This document shows positions 11,914 to 25,193 of a stretch of 64,000 nucleotides of DNA, in pieces. Both the position numbers and the translations under genes were made by a program. The notes below the pieces were generated by a model. It was not told the origin of the DNA, did not search any database, and worked only from the letters and a program-made list of their open reading frames with translations. How positions within the stretch are numbered: the first letter of the stretch is position 1; the number at the start of each line of letters is the position of its first letter. This stretch comes from Phyllosticta citribraziliensis. Taxonomy: Eukaryota. The stretch is from contig NW_027117345.1 of assembly GCF_038025025.1 (NCBI RefSeq), positions 1,116,001-1,180,000 on the forward strand, written 5' to 3'.

Positions 11914-14375
11914 ATGTTGTCGTCGTTCGCTCGTTTTTCCGGTCTTTCCCTCTTGCTGAGCGGCGCCTCGGCCTATTCCGCCAACAGCACTGCTCAAAGT
12001 CAACTTCTTTCGTCTGGATCCAGTATGTATCTCATCTGGCGCTATGTATACTCGACTAACGAATGAATAGTCAAGCTTGGTGACTGGGAAAGCGCTTATG
12101 CTCGTGCAAAGACTTTTGTCGACGGTCTTACCGTGAACCAGAAGATCGCAGTCATCAACGGCGAGGACATTACAAACTTCACGGCACTCTACCAAAGAGA
12201 CTCTGGTGATGGCATCCTGGACTTCTTCTACGCCACGGCATGGCCGCTTTCGAGTGCCCTCGCCATGACCTGGGACCGCGACTTGTTTTACCAGCAGAAC
12301 AAAGCCCTTGCGGATGAGTTTTACGCAAAGGGAATCCAGATGGCCAAAGGCCCAGTTTCCGAGCCGCTCGGAAGAAGTCCTTGGGGTGGCAGGAACGGTG
12401 AAAGTTTCGGTCCGGACCCGTACCTCAACGGCATTGCCTTTGCAGACAATGTCAAGGCCTTTAATGATGCAGGCGTCATCTCTTGTTCCAAGCATTTCCT
12501 GCTGAATGAGCAAGAGAACAACCGCACCAGCGAGACCAGTGGTGGCGGTGGAGGTGGCGGTGCCGGCGGTCCCCCCAGCAGTTCCAACAGCTCGACCAGT
12601 TCCAGCGGTCCCAGCAGCTCCAGCAGCTCCACAACCGAGTCGGAGGCATACAACGCCATTGTCGGTGACAAGACACTCCATGAGACGTACATGTTCCCCT
12701 TCTACGACGGTATTCACGCTGGAGCGGGCGCAGTGATGTGTGCCCTTAACCGAGTCAATGAGACTTATGTAAATTGCCTCATTTCACTCTCTGACTTGAC
12801 TGGATCTCTTGCTGACTTTTGCCAAAGGCTTGCGAAAGTCAAGACCTTCTGGGTGGACTGCTCAAGGAAGAGCTTGGATTCCCTGGCCTTGTTCTCGGCG
12901 ATGTTGGTGGCCAGAAGACCGTGATAAATTCGGCCAACGCAGGTCTCGACTTTGGCTCCTTCACCAACGATTCGATGGTTGCTGGTCTCAACAACGGATC
13001 CATTTCCGAAGCTCGCCTCAACGACATGGCCATCCGCAACATTCTGCCCTCATTCAAGCTCAACCAAGACAATGGCAAGTACCCCGAAACTGCCGACCTC
13101 GAGGACTACGTGGACCCCCGCAAGCTCCACAGGAACATTGCCAGGAAGGTTGGCGCTGCCTCTCTTGTTCTCTTGAAGAATGAGAACAACGCTCTTCCGC
13201 TCAAGAGCCCAAAGACGATGGCCGTATTCGGTGCCCATGCTACTGCCAAAATTGATGGTCCCAACGATGAGCTTTCCGTCACCGGATCAGATGACGTCCT
13301 TCAGGGACACGCTGCTTCGATTGGTGGTTCGGGATACGCTTCTTTCGCATACCTTGTCACTCCTCACCATGCTCTCCTCAACCGTGTCATCGAGGATGGT
13401 ACGCAACTCAGATATCTGTTCAACGACACTGGATACTCGCAGTCCTCCAGCAGTGGAATGGGAGGAGTGTCTGGTTACAGCTCAGGTACTGCCGTCTCGC
13501 ACACATACTCCGATTTCGCCGGGTCGACTGAAGTCTGCCTCGTCTTCATCAACGCCTACTCGGGAGAGGGCGCCGATCGCGGCGAGCTGTACAACGCCGA
13601 CCAGGATGCCATGGTTGCTGAGGTGGCTTCTTCTTGCAATAACACCATTGTGGTCATCAACGCCGTTGCCGCCCGCCTGGTCGATGCCTGGATTGAAAAC
13701 GAAAACATCACCGCCGTCGTCTACGGTAGCATGCTCGGCGAGCAGAGCGGCAACAGCATTGTCGACGTTCTGTACGGCGACGTCAACCCCTCGGGCAAGC
13801 TGACCTATACGATTGCCAAGAATGAGACCGACTACAACACCGGCCTCTGCACCGGCCTGACCTGCGAGTTCACTGAGGGCAACTACATCGACTACAAGTA
13901 CTTCGACAAGGCCAACGTCACGCCGCGTTACGAATTCGGCTACGGCCTCTCCTACACGACGTTCAACTTCTCCAGCGAGCTTGCCGTCAAGAACACTGCG
14001 CCCAAGGTCCTCGCACAGAAGTACGCCACGGGTTCTCGTGCCATCGGCGGCCGCGAGGATCTGTGGACCGATGTCGTGACCGTTTCGACCCAAGTCTCCA
14101 ACACGGGCAGCGTCGCCGGCGCCGAGGTCGCCCAGCTGTACGTCTCGTTCCCCGATGCGGCCGAGCAGCCTGTCAAGGTGCTTCGCGGCTTCGAAAAGGT
14201 GCACCTCGAGCCCGGAAATAGCGCACCCGTCACATTCACCCTGCGCCGCCGCGACCTCAGCTACTGGGACGTTGCTGCGCAGAACTGGGCCGTTGCTCCC
14301 GGAACTTACACGTTCAAGGTTGGCTCGAGCAGCAGGAACATTCATGCAACTGCTACGCTGGAGATTGAGCAGTAG
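11914..14375 (+). CDS. Secreted GH3 beta-glucosidase (BglD-like), 3 exons
   Basis: Signal peptide MLSSFARFSGLSLLLSGASA; motifs GRSPWGGRNGESFGPDPYL, KHFLLNEQE, VMCALNRVN, LKEELGFPGLVLGD, SGEGADR, PSGKLTYT, YEFGYGLSYT and a C-terminal Fn3-like LRGFEKV. Introns about 12023-12070 and 12769-12828. Confidence 0.95.
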
Positions 14376-14950
14376 TTGCGCGTGTCCATTTATTGTGGCG
14401 AGCGCTTGAGAGAAGGTTATGTTCTTGTATGTACTTTTTGACGATGTAATTTGATAGTTATGTTTCACTGAGCAAACTTATTTCGAAGTTGAATGTTCGC
14501 ATCTATTAGACATACCTTGGGGGAAGCAGTTAAACGCAATTCTCTTCATTGCTGATCCGACCATCGCCCTGGGCCCATTGTGTAGACAGTCGGATGTTTT
14601 CCTTTCTACCAGATTGACTGGCATGGCACTCTCACTTTGGTGTGTCCCACAGTATTGAATCTTGAATGCCTCTGGGCTGCTCACTTATCTTCTAGAGGCT
14701 TGAATGCTGCCTGAGTTAGTCTTCCCAAGGCAATCAATGCTTATCGCTTCTCTGGGAAAGCAAATACATGTCTCGACGCAGTCTCAATCGCGCAAGCTTC
14801 TAGTGGATTCTCACGGGCAGTCTGAACGTGTGTAATCAAATTCAAAGTCTACAGGCCGATTTCACTGCTCTTTCGCGGACAAATTAAGAAAGCTGACTAG
14901 AAATTTCAGTGTCCCAGATCCCTTCATGCTCCGACATCTCCATAGCACGC

Positions 14951-17900
14951 TCAAAGCAACCAAAAAACGCCTCCCATAAACCCCCACAAACCCACAACAA
15001 CAGCCCAAGCGCCCGTCGCCATCGCCGCCGCCGCATTCTTCTTCCCCTTGCCCTTCCCCGTCTCTTTAGACCCCGCCGCCGCCTCCGCCGTCGCACTCGC
15101 CCCCGTGTGCGTTGGCCCAGCCCCAAATGTCTCGGTCGTCACTCCCGCGACGACGGCCACCGCCGCGCCGCCGCTTGCGCTCTGCAGCACGACGGTCGTT
15201 CCCGGACCGAGGACGACGGTGCCGCCGGGCGTGAGCGTAATTCCATTGATGACGAAAGTTGGCGCTGCGCCCGCGCTACCGGGCAGCGCTGTGTATGTCG
15301 AGGCGCCGATGGTGAGCTCGGCGCGTTTGCTGGGGTTGTTGGAAGCAGCAGTTTCGGTTGCGGGGAAGAGGGTCGTCGTGGCGCCGTTGACGATGAGGGC
15401 CGTGGCGAGCGGCGCCAACGATACTGTCGTTCCCCCGCTCAGCACGATGCTGCCGCCAGCTGTCAGCGTTTTGCCGCCGATAATGTACGTGGGCTGCGCG
15501 CCGCTGCTGCCGGGCAGCGCTGTGTACGTGCGCCCGGCGAGAGTTATAAGCGGCGCGTTTGTTAGTACGGGTGCGGCGGCGCTGGCGGAAATGGCCGAGA
15601 GCGCGTATGTTGCGCCGTCGATGACGACCGCGGTGGGCGTGGGCAGGAGGGACAGCGTTGTTCCGGATACAGTGATACGGCCGCCTGGTGTGAGGGTTTG
15701 CGAGCCAATAATGTAGGCGCGGCCGGGACCGAGGATGGGCGAGAGAGAGGTCGAACCAAATGCTATGGCGGGGAGAGAGGTTAGAACGGCTGGGTTGAGA
15801 GTTGAAGTCGCGCCGTTGATTATGAGGGCTGTTCCAAAGGGGGCGAGTGAGAGCGTCGTCCCTAACACGACAACGCGCCCACCTGGCGTCAGAGTTGCGC
15901 TGCCAATGGTGTAGGTGGGCTGACTGCCGGCGGACTGAGCGTGGGGCGCGATCGTTGTGTCTTGGAACGTAATGGCTGGGTATAAAGTGGAAAAGGAGTT
16001 CCCCTTGGAAATGCTGGACGGCACACCGTTGATGTAGATGGACTTGTCTGACGCATCAAGTGAAAGAGTCGTACCACCGGCCGTGATGCGTCCACCAGGA
16101 GTAAGGGTCTGGCCTCCGATGACGAACGAGGTGCCGTCGACGGCAGCGTAGTTGCTTCCAGCGACACTGATAACGGCCTGGTTTGCTGCTGCTCCGCCCA
16201 ACGCTCTGCTGTACCCATTTACTACCAGATTAGATCCGCCAGAATCCAAAGATATCGTGGTTCCACCAAGGACAACGTTTCCACCCGGTGTGAGAACCTG
16301 CCCACCAATTTCGAAGAATTCACCTGCGGCGATGGCTGGCGCAGCCGTAATCATGGCAGATGGAAAGGCTTGTGTGGATCCTCCAACAACCACATAGCTT
16401 GCAGAGGGTCCAAGACTGACGATGGTTCCTCCCATGTTGACGGCCCCTCCGGGAGTCAAAACCTGTCCTGGTCCGAGATAATACTGGGTTGCTGCATTGG
16501 CAGTATAGGCGTTTGATCCGACAATGATGATTGGGGGACTCGGTGCAGCTTTTCCGGCACCCGGGATAGGCGATGAGACTCCATCGATAACGACTGCGGT
16601 GGCTGAGGGAGCCAGAGATAATGTTGTTCCACCGACTGCTATCGCAGGACCGCCAGGCGCAAGAGTTTGCTGGCCGACCACAAAAGCTGACGATGAGCCC
16701 ATGGCGAAAGACTCTCCGCCTATGACAATCACTGGCGAAGGAGAATCGGAGCCGGGCCCGTTTTGACCTCGATGGTGCGCGTTCTGAGAGCCTGATTCGC
16801 CGTTCGGGGGAGCTTCATCACCATTGGCAGCGGTTGGAGCCGGCGGCGAATCTGCTTCTGCACTTGAAGTTTCAGTACCCGCCTGTACGAGAGAAGGGAG
16901 ATCAACGTGGGCGACGGAGGACTCGATGTGAGCAATATTGATTCCAAAGTGGTGGAAAATTGCAAGGAGTGCAGCGATTTCATTACCAGTAAGAACAGGT
17001 GGGCCCGGAGAAAGTGTACCAGAAGGCAGCACTTCCGGTGCCTCTACTGGCGCCGATGTCTCGACATATGCTTTTGATCGCCCTGGCGGAACAAGAGGGC
17101 CGACCGACGACTCTATATGGACCATGTCCCCTTTGGCAATAAGGCTGTATACGATGTTGACGATGAAAAGGACCGTTACCGAGCCAGTGTAAGTCCCTGG
17201 GATGCAGGTCGAATCTGGAATCTGCGCAAGGATATTGGTAGGGACATTTCCGGTAGCAGTGGACAAGTCGTCGAGACTGTCTCCGCTATAATCAAAGGCA
17301 AAGGGAGCGGATAAGTTGTACGTCGTAGTTGAATGAGTATAGGTGACCTTTCCAAGACCATCTGTGGACGTCTCCAATCTTTCGACTTGGTATTGTGTAA
17401 ATTGAACGAAAGGCGTCCCACTAGGGACAATATAAGAGGCATTTGAAGGTCCTGTGATCGTGACGGAGGGCGGTGTGGTTTTACTAAGGTACAGCGAGTC
17501 AACCAGATCTGGCACGGTCAGAGGTCCGGTCGGTAGCGGTGCAAATTGAGAAATCGATAATACGGAAGTTGCTGCTGCAACTGGCCCAGGCGCGGTCGTA
17601 GGAATGTACTCTATCAATGAAGAACTCAAGTCGGAGTTCCAAGACATTGTCGTCACCACGGCTAGGCCGAGGGCCCAACTCAGCGCCGTGGTGACATTGA
17701 ACTCGTCCGCAGTGTTTACTGCATACGTGAGATCAGAGTCCATATTTTGCGCCATGAAATAGAGGGTCGGCCATATGAATTCCGAAGTGTACCATTTTTC
17801 GATGGTCGCCTCAGGAATGTTGACGGTGCAAGCATTGTCGGTCGAGCCATTCCCGGCAACTGCGTGGCTTGGAGACGGCAACCCAACGATTCCGTGGTGA

Positions 17901-18219
17901 GATAAGTTTCCACGGGCAATTTGGGATGATGCTGGAAATAACGCTGGGCCGATGGAAGTGCCCAGAGGCGTTGGAGATGGTGTTGGAAATGCTACCGGAT
18001 TTGTGGGTAGAGCAGGCGTGAATGAGCGAAGTGAAGTCGAGTCTGACGAGTTACCCCATGTCCAAGGAGAAGCTAGCGAGGAGTTAGAGTCACAGTTCTG
18101 GGTCGGAAGAAGACGAATTTACCAATGGATCCATCCCTTGAATGTCGAATGCGGTATCTAGAGGCAGAAGTTGTCGACAAGAGCAGAGCGGCTGTTAATG
18201 CGGATGTCAGGTGTGGCAT
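14951..18219 (-). CDS. Large secreted, probably GPI-anchored, Thr/Gly/Ala-rich cell-surface repeat protein
   Basis: Exon 1 encodes a signal peptide (MPHLTSALTAALLLSTTSA). Intron 18073-18122 (GTAAAT...CTAAC...TAG) joins it in frame to the 976-aa ORF. Eight repeats of IGGQTLTPGG-x-ITV-x-GTT(L/I/V)SL; C-terminal basic patch plus hydrophobic tail. Confidence 0.88.
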
Positions 18220-19250
18220 GTTCATGTTGCAGCCGTGACCTGCGAAACGCAGACAAGCCCATCTGGGCGGAAGAGAAGCAAGGCAGTATTGAGAGAGCGC
18301 AGGGTTCAAAGCGACATCGAAGAGATTTTGGAAATTCAAAGTGCAAGTTACCGGAGAGATTTGGAGGGCAAATTGAACTGTTCAGCCACAGAGACCTTTC
18401 TCCATCAGGCGCCGGCGGCCACCTCTCCTGCCATCCGTGTACGGCGCCTCGATATAGTCTAGAACCACAGTCCCGCCGGCTGTGTTTTGGCAGCGTTGAT
18501 AAGTCTCATGGCTGCTACGTCTGAGAAATTTGACACTCGAAATGCATCTTCAACAGTGTGTGGACTTGGCTGACCGCATCTCCACGTTTGCCCAATTTTG
18601 CAACTTTCAAGGCCGTTTGTTACTCTTAGACAGTGCGTCACACTGGTGAGCTCCAGGGCGTCGGTGGAGGCGGTCTTGAAGACGGATGCGAGCCAGCCAT
18701 CCTCGGTACATGTCGATCAATTGGTGCGTCCGAAGATTGTCCTGGGGGCCGGCGCGGCTCTGTCGTTGGCTTGGTACAGCCGGAAGAGGCCTAGCTTGGG
18801 TGGAGTGACGCACATGGAAATAAGCATTTCTATTCCGGCGCGGCTTTCCATTAGTGCTGACCGGCCTGGCTGACCCAAGAATGCCGGCTCAGGTAGAGTT
18901 GCAGACGGCAATGGATTTGACAGGTCCAAGGGCATCCACAGGGCTGATCAGGGTCAAGGCGGACCCAAAAACCCCACTAGACATCCATTCTTGACATGGA
19001 CCGTCTCCTTGCTTGAGACGTCGGCTGGGACCGATCGTAGACGCCTTTCCCTGAAGAGCAAAGTTTTTATATCCCTAGAGCAGGAGGCAGCTCTGGCTCT
19101 CATGTTCTTGTCCAATATGACCAGGCAGCTTTATTGCCACGTCTGTCGTGCGTCTCGTGTTTCGGTGTCGAAATTTCCGCATACAATCGTCCCGTGCAAG
19201 GCTTCGATATGAAAGTCTTGGGGATACCGAGTCCCTGAAAGCCTTGCAAC

Positions 19251-21178
19251 ATGTCATTGCAAAAAGACGTCTCCATCCTGGTCTTACTAGCCAACACACT
19301 GTTTTCGCGCAGCAGCAGCAGCGCCGCGGAGCTGACAACTCGAGCATCTCGCCTTCCGGATCCACTGGTTTTCACACCCGATCAGAACTGGGACGGCATC
19401 GATGGCCAATGGAATACCTTTACACTTCGAGTGGGGACACCACAGCAGTTCGTTCGAGTGTTTGTGGCAACATCTAGCCAGCAGACTTGGGTCGTCCAAC
19501 CAGAAGGATGCGCATACACAACCGATTTTGGCAGCTGTAATGAGATCCGTGGATGGACATTCAACATTTCGGCCTCGTCGAGCTGGGATCCCATCGGCAA
19601 CTTTTCGACCGCTGTTGAGAGCGACTTGGGGTATGACTCGGCTGCAGAGTATGGATACGAGACTGTCGGGCTAGGGGGTTTGGGTGAAGGAGGGCCTACG
19701 CTGCTCAACACGACCGTAGGTGCCATGATGAGCTTGACGTTCTTTCTTGGGATTTTTGGACTGCACCCAAAGTCGACAAATTTTACGTCGTTCAACGATC
19801 CATCGCCGAGCTATATGGCCATGCTGAAGGAGCAAAATCAGATCCCGAGTCTCTCCTACGGGTATACCGCTGGGAATCAATATCGTACGACAATCCATCC
19901 CAAAGTTGGAGGCTGCTACTCACAAAGTCAGGTCTTGACAAGGTTCTTGCAAGTCTCACGCTCGGCGGCTATGATTCGTCAAGATTCACGCCCAACGACC
20001 TGGCCTTCAGCTTTGCTCCTGACAACGAACGCGACGTGGTGGTTGGCCTGCAGGCCATCACAGCGGATAGCTCCGGTCAACCAACGCAGGCTCTCTTGCC
20101 AAAGCCGGTCACAATGTACATTGACTCGATCGTGCCCGAGATCTGGCTGCCAGTGGAATCGTGTGAGAAGTTTGAGCAGGCTTTCGGGTTAGTGTATGAC
20201 GTGGGGACAGACCTGTATTTGGTCAACGAGACTTTGCACCAAGAACTCTTGAGCATGGATCCCAACATAACCTTTACGCTTGGGCGGACAACGAGTGGAG
20301 GGCAAACGATCGACATTGTCCTCCCGTACGCAGCCTTTGACCTCACAGCGCAGCCACCTTACCGGGGCCTGGCCAACAGCAGCTTGTATTTTCCGCTGCG
20401 GCGGGGATCCAACTCGACCCAATATGTCTTTGGTCGCACCTTTCTCCAGGAAGCTTACCTGACTGTAGATCACGAGCGGCAGAAATTTTCCGTGTCACAG
20501 TGCGTCTTTCCGGAGAGTGGTCAGCAAAAGATTGTGGCTATCAAACCTCTGCAAGCCAACACGTCCGACTCGAGTGGAGGTGGTCAAGGGCTCGCAAAGG
20601 GCGCAATGGCAGGCATAGCCGTCGGCAGCGTCAGCTTCATCATGGTGGTGCTTGCTTTGGGTGGACTCTTTTGGCGACATGGCCACCTCCAGGCAAAAGT
20701 CGGGCGCAGAATCAGCTCCGCAGCTGGTGCCTCACATGCAGGCTCCGAGGGCATCGAGGACAAGGGCATGTCAAAGGCCGAGCTCGATGGATCGTCGACA
20801 AAGCGCGCCAAGGGGCCAATGACGCTCAAAGCCATGGATCCGGAAGAGGTGGACGGGTCGCAAACGCAAATCTACGAGATGCAGGGCGATGTCCCAGGCG
20901 AGGCCGAGGCGGATGGCAGGCAGCTTAGTGAGAAGGAGGGCATGTTGTATCGCGAGCGAAAGTACAACGGCACCGACCTGGACGTGTCGCCGGTGACGCC
21001 GACGGCACCGCCCGAATACTCGCGGCGAGCTCCAGTCAACGGTTGCGACGTCAGACGGGTGCCTCTTCGAGACGTGGGGACAGGGACGCATGGCGTGTCG
21101 CCCATTACGCCCGTGAGCGACAGCAGCTCTGGGCACTGGACTCGGCGGCGATTCTCGTTCGAGGACGGGGGTGTCTGA
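19251..21178 (+). CDS. Pepsin-fold (A1) aspartic protease homologue with single TM helix and cytoplasmic tail; first catalytic Asp absent
   Basis: Signal-like N-terminus; WDGIDGQWNTFTLRVGTPQQ, IPSLSYGYTAG, LTLGGYD, IDS, FGRTFLQEAYL; TM GAMAGIAVGSVSFIMVVLALGGLFW. Intron 19885-19931 joins the two ORFs in frame. Confidence 0.92.
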
Positions 21179-21762
21179 AGACGGTTTCCGGTGCATTCTA
21201 GCGACGGCGTCCTTTGGCAGTTGGTCGCATTGTTTGTTGTAACGTAGAGGGTTGGTTTTTAGCGCGGCGGTCAAGGGCGGTCGAGGGGAGGGCACAGTCG
21301 AAACAAAGAGCGACCTGGCCCCCATCCTTATTAGCCATTGTCGTTTCAGTCAGTCCCAGGGCTCCATTTTTCCCGTTGCGTGTGCTCTGCTCGGTCTCTG
21401 CGCTTTGTTGCGCTGCTCTTTGTGTGGTGTGCTGTGCTGTGCTCTGACCACGGCGCATGTGCTGAATATACAGACAGGTTATCCTGATCTCTGCTCTGCA
21501 CCCCGCGCCCACTCTTCACCCACACAACACACCACACCACCTCCGCGACACCAACGCCTCCTCCACAGCTGTCCGGCCTCTTCCGTCGTGCCATCTGTCG
21601 CGCCACTCTTTCCGCCAGATCGCCTTGTCCTCCGTGTCCGCGCGCATTGGCTTTGTGCTGCTGCTTTCGCTCACCTCCGCTGCTACCCCGCCATTACCTC
21701 GACCACAGCCTCCGACGCTGCCTCTCTCTGCCTCGTCCACCGCACCCGCACCCCTCGCAGCA

Positions 21763-23275
<1,513 letters not shown>

Positions 23276-24341
23276 TTTGAATAGGCATCGATACCTTTTT
23301 CCCCAGTGAACCTGCCAAGGCAGTCGGGAACGGGCATTTTTTGGACACGGCGACCGGGAACGCGTTTATTTCCATCTCATTGATGTCTTGGAGATGCTTG
23401 GTTTCTTTCCATTGGTCAGATTGACTTGTGGCCCTCTGTCCTGCGTCTTGTGCAAGGTCGATTTTCAAAACATGGGCATGGGATTAATAGGAACGACTCG
23501 ACGGTCAGCGCGATGGAGATGAGGGCATGTGAGACGCTGCTTGCTCTGCTTTGTCATGCACGAGAGCTGGCAGAGCGAGCGGCAGTGGTGGAGTCGGGCG
23601 ACGATCGTGTGTAGCTGTGGCTTCTGGAAAGCTTCATCCGTTAGATATCATGGCGTGTTCTTAGATCATCTCTACGACGATGCATCATCAGTTTTCTTGC
23701 GTTTTTGGGGACCCTGAGGGCCTAGATTAGTTCCCGCAATTCTCCCTGTTTTGTGATCGACACGTCTGACATCCCTGATGTTGCCCGAAGCGGCGACATG
23801 GAGAAGATTGAATTCGCGATCGGGTCGATGAATGGCAATGTCGTTCGATTTGCATCCCTCTGCGCGATGCTGCCGTCAGGTGGCGAACCCAAGGGCCAGC
23901 CGTTTGTGAGGGACTGAGGGTCCCGTCGTGGGTTTCTTTTGGGGGCAAAGACGCATATGACATCACCGTTGGCGCGATCATTACATCACAACGAGCAGAG
24001 AGCGCACCCCACGGCGTGCAGATGCAGACAGGCAGTTACGCATTTGGGTGGAGTAGCTATCAGTGTACCTCGATGTCTGCTGCTGCGACAAGTCTACGTC
24101 AAGACGGCAGATCCAATGGGGGGTTTGTGTATTTAACCTGTGGAAGGGAGGACTATTCGATCGGACATCAAATTTATACACATTATCACCCTTCTTCTAC
24201 CTTATACCCATCTCTGTCTTGACAAGAGACTACTTCTGCTCTTATCGTCAACCAACAAACAAACGAACTCTACGCCGCCCACCAACAACCATTAAATCTA
24301 CCATCCCAATATCCTCTCATAAACCAACACCGCCAGCGACA

Positions 24342-24788
24342 ATGTCTTACCAGAACACCGACCCCATCACCCTCGCCAAGCAAGCCGAGCAAGACCTCAA
24401 CAGCTACCAAGCAAAAACAGGCCGCGGCGACGCCAGCGTGAGCAGTACGTCTTCCCTCCGCCCTAAAACCCCCCTCCCCGTTCACAGAACCCCGACTGAC
24501 ACCCCCACCACAGCCGAAGAATCAGGCATCAACGCAACGCAAGCGTCGCGCTTCCCCGGCGGCGGCGTGACCTACGGCAGCGCAGCGACGGGCCGCGAGA
24601 TCCCGCCCGAGGACGGCGGCGGCGTGCAGCGCGGGACGGGCAAGACGACCAAGGACTACGACTTCGAGGGGCCCGGCATTGGTGGGCCCGAGGACAGGGC
24701 CGTCAAGTTCGCTGAGGACCATGGAGGCAGCGATGATGCTGTGAGGGCCAATGTTAGAGAGGGCCCGAGGGGGGAGAGGAAGGCTTAG
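24342..24788 (+). CDS. Small hydrophilic Gly-rich fungal protein (hydrophilin-like, function unknown)
   Basis: ATG at 24342 (MSYQNTDPITLAKQAEQDLNSYQAKTG); in-frame 69-nt intron 24445-24513 (GTACGT...CTGAC...CAG); second exon GREIPPEDGG...FEGPGIGGPED; GC-rich codon usage. Confidence 0.85.
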   Translation: MSYQNTDPITLAKQAEQDLNSYQAKTGRGDASVSSTSSLRPKTPLPVHRTPTDTPTTAEESGINATQASRFPGGGVTYGSAATGREIPPEDGGGVQRGTGKTTKDYDFEGPGIGGPEDRAVKFAEDHGGSDDAVRANVREGPRGERKA

Positions 24789-25193
24789 GTTTTTGTCGTT
24801 GGAACGTTTCTTCGATGCTTTTTAATGAGTGCATGAATTAACGTTGTGCATGATTGATTGAAACTTGTTGGGTTGTTGCGTGGTGTCAAGGTTTGCTGAG
24901 TGAATAAGTTGAATCATCCCAATCGTTGCGTCGGCGCCATCTGGCTTCAAACATAGTCCCATATTGATTGACTGTATACCTATACACTAGGGGGTAGTCG
25001 AACGTTCATGCCGACCGGAGTCAGCCAAACACCTCCAGTAGCGACTGTTATGCTGACAAAATGCAAGTCAATCACCGCCTCTTCCATGCCTTTTCCGTTT
25101 TGAAGGCATTCATGACGTTGAATACTTACACTGCCATGCTGCTGACAATGCTTCAACACACGGCATTGCATTTTGCGAATCGCAGTGAGTCGT

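Noticed and set aside
21625..21762. In-frame TTG-initiated, signal-peptide-like extension of the MAPK
   Set aside because: Explained by a pyrimidine-rich 5' UTR; the ATG at 21763 matches the conserved Slt2 N-terminus.
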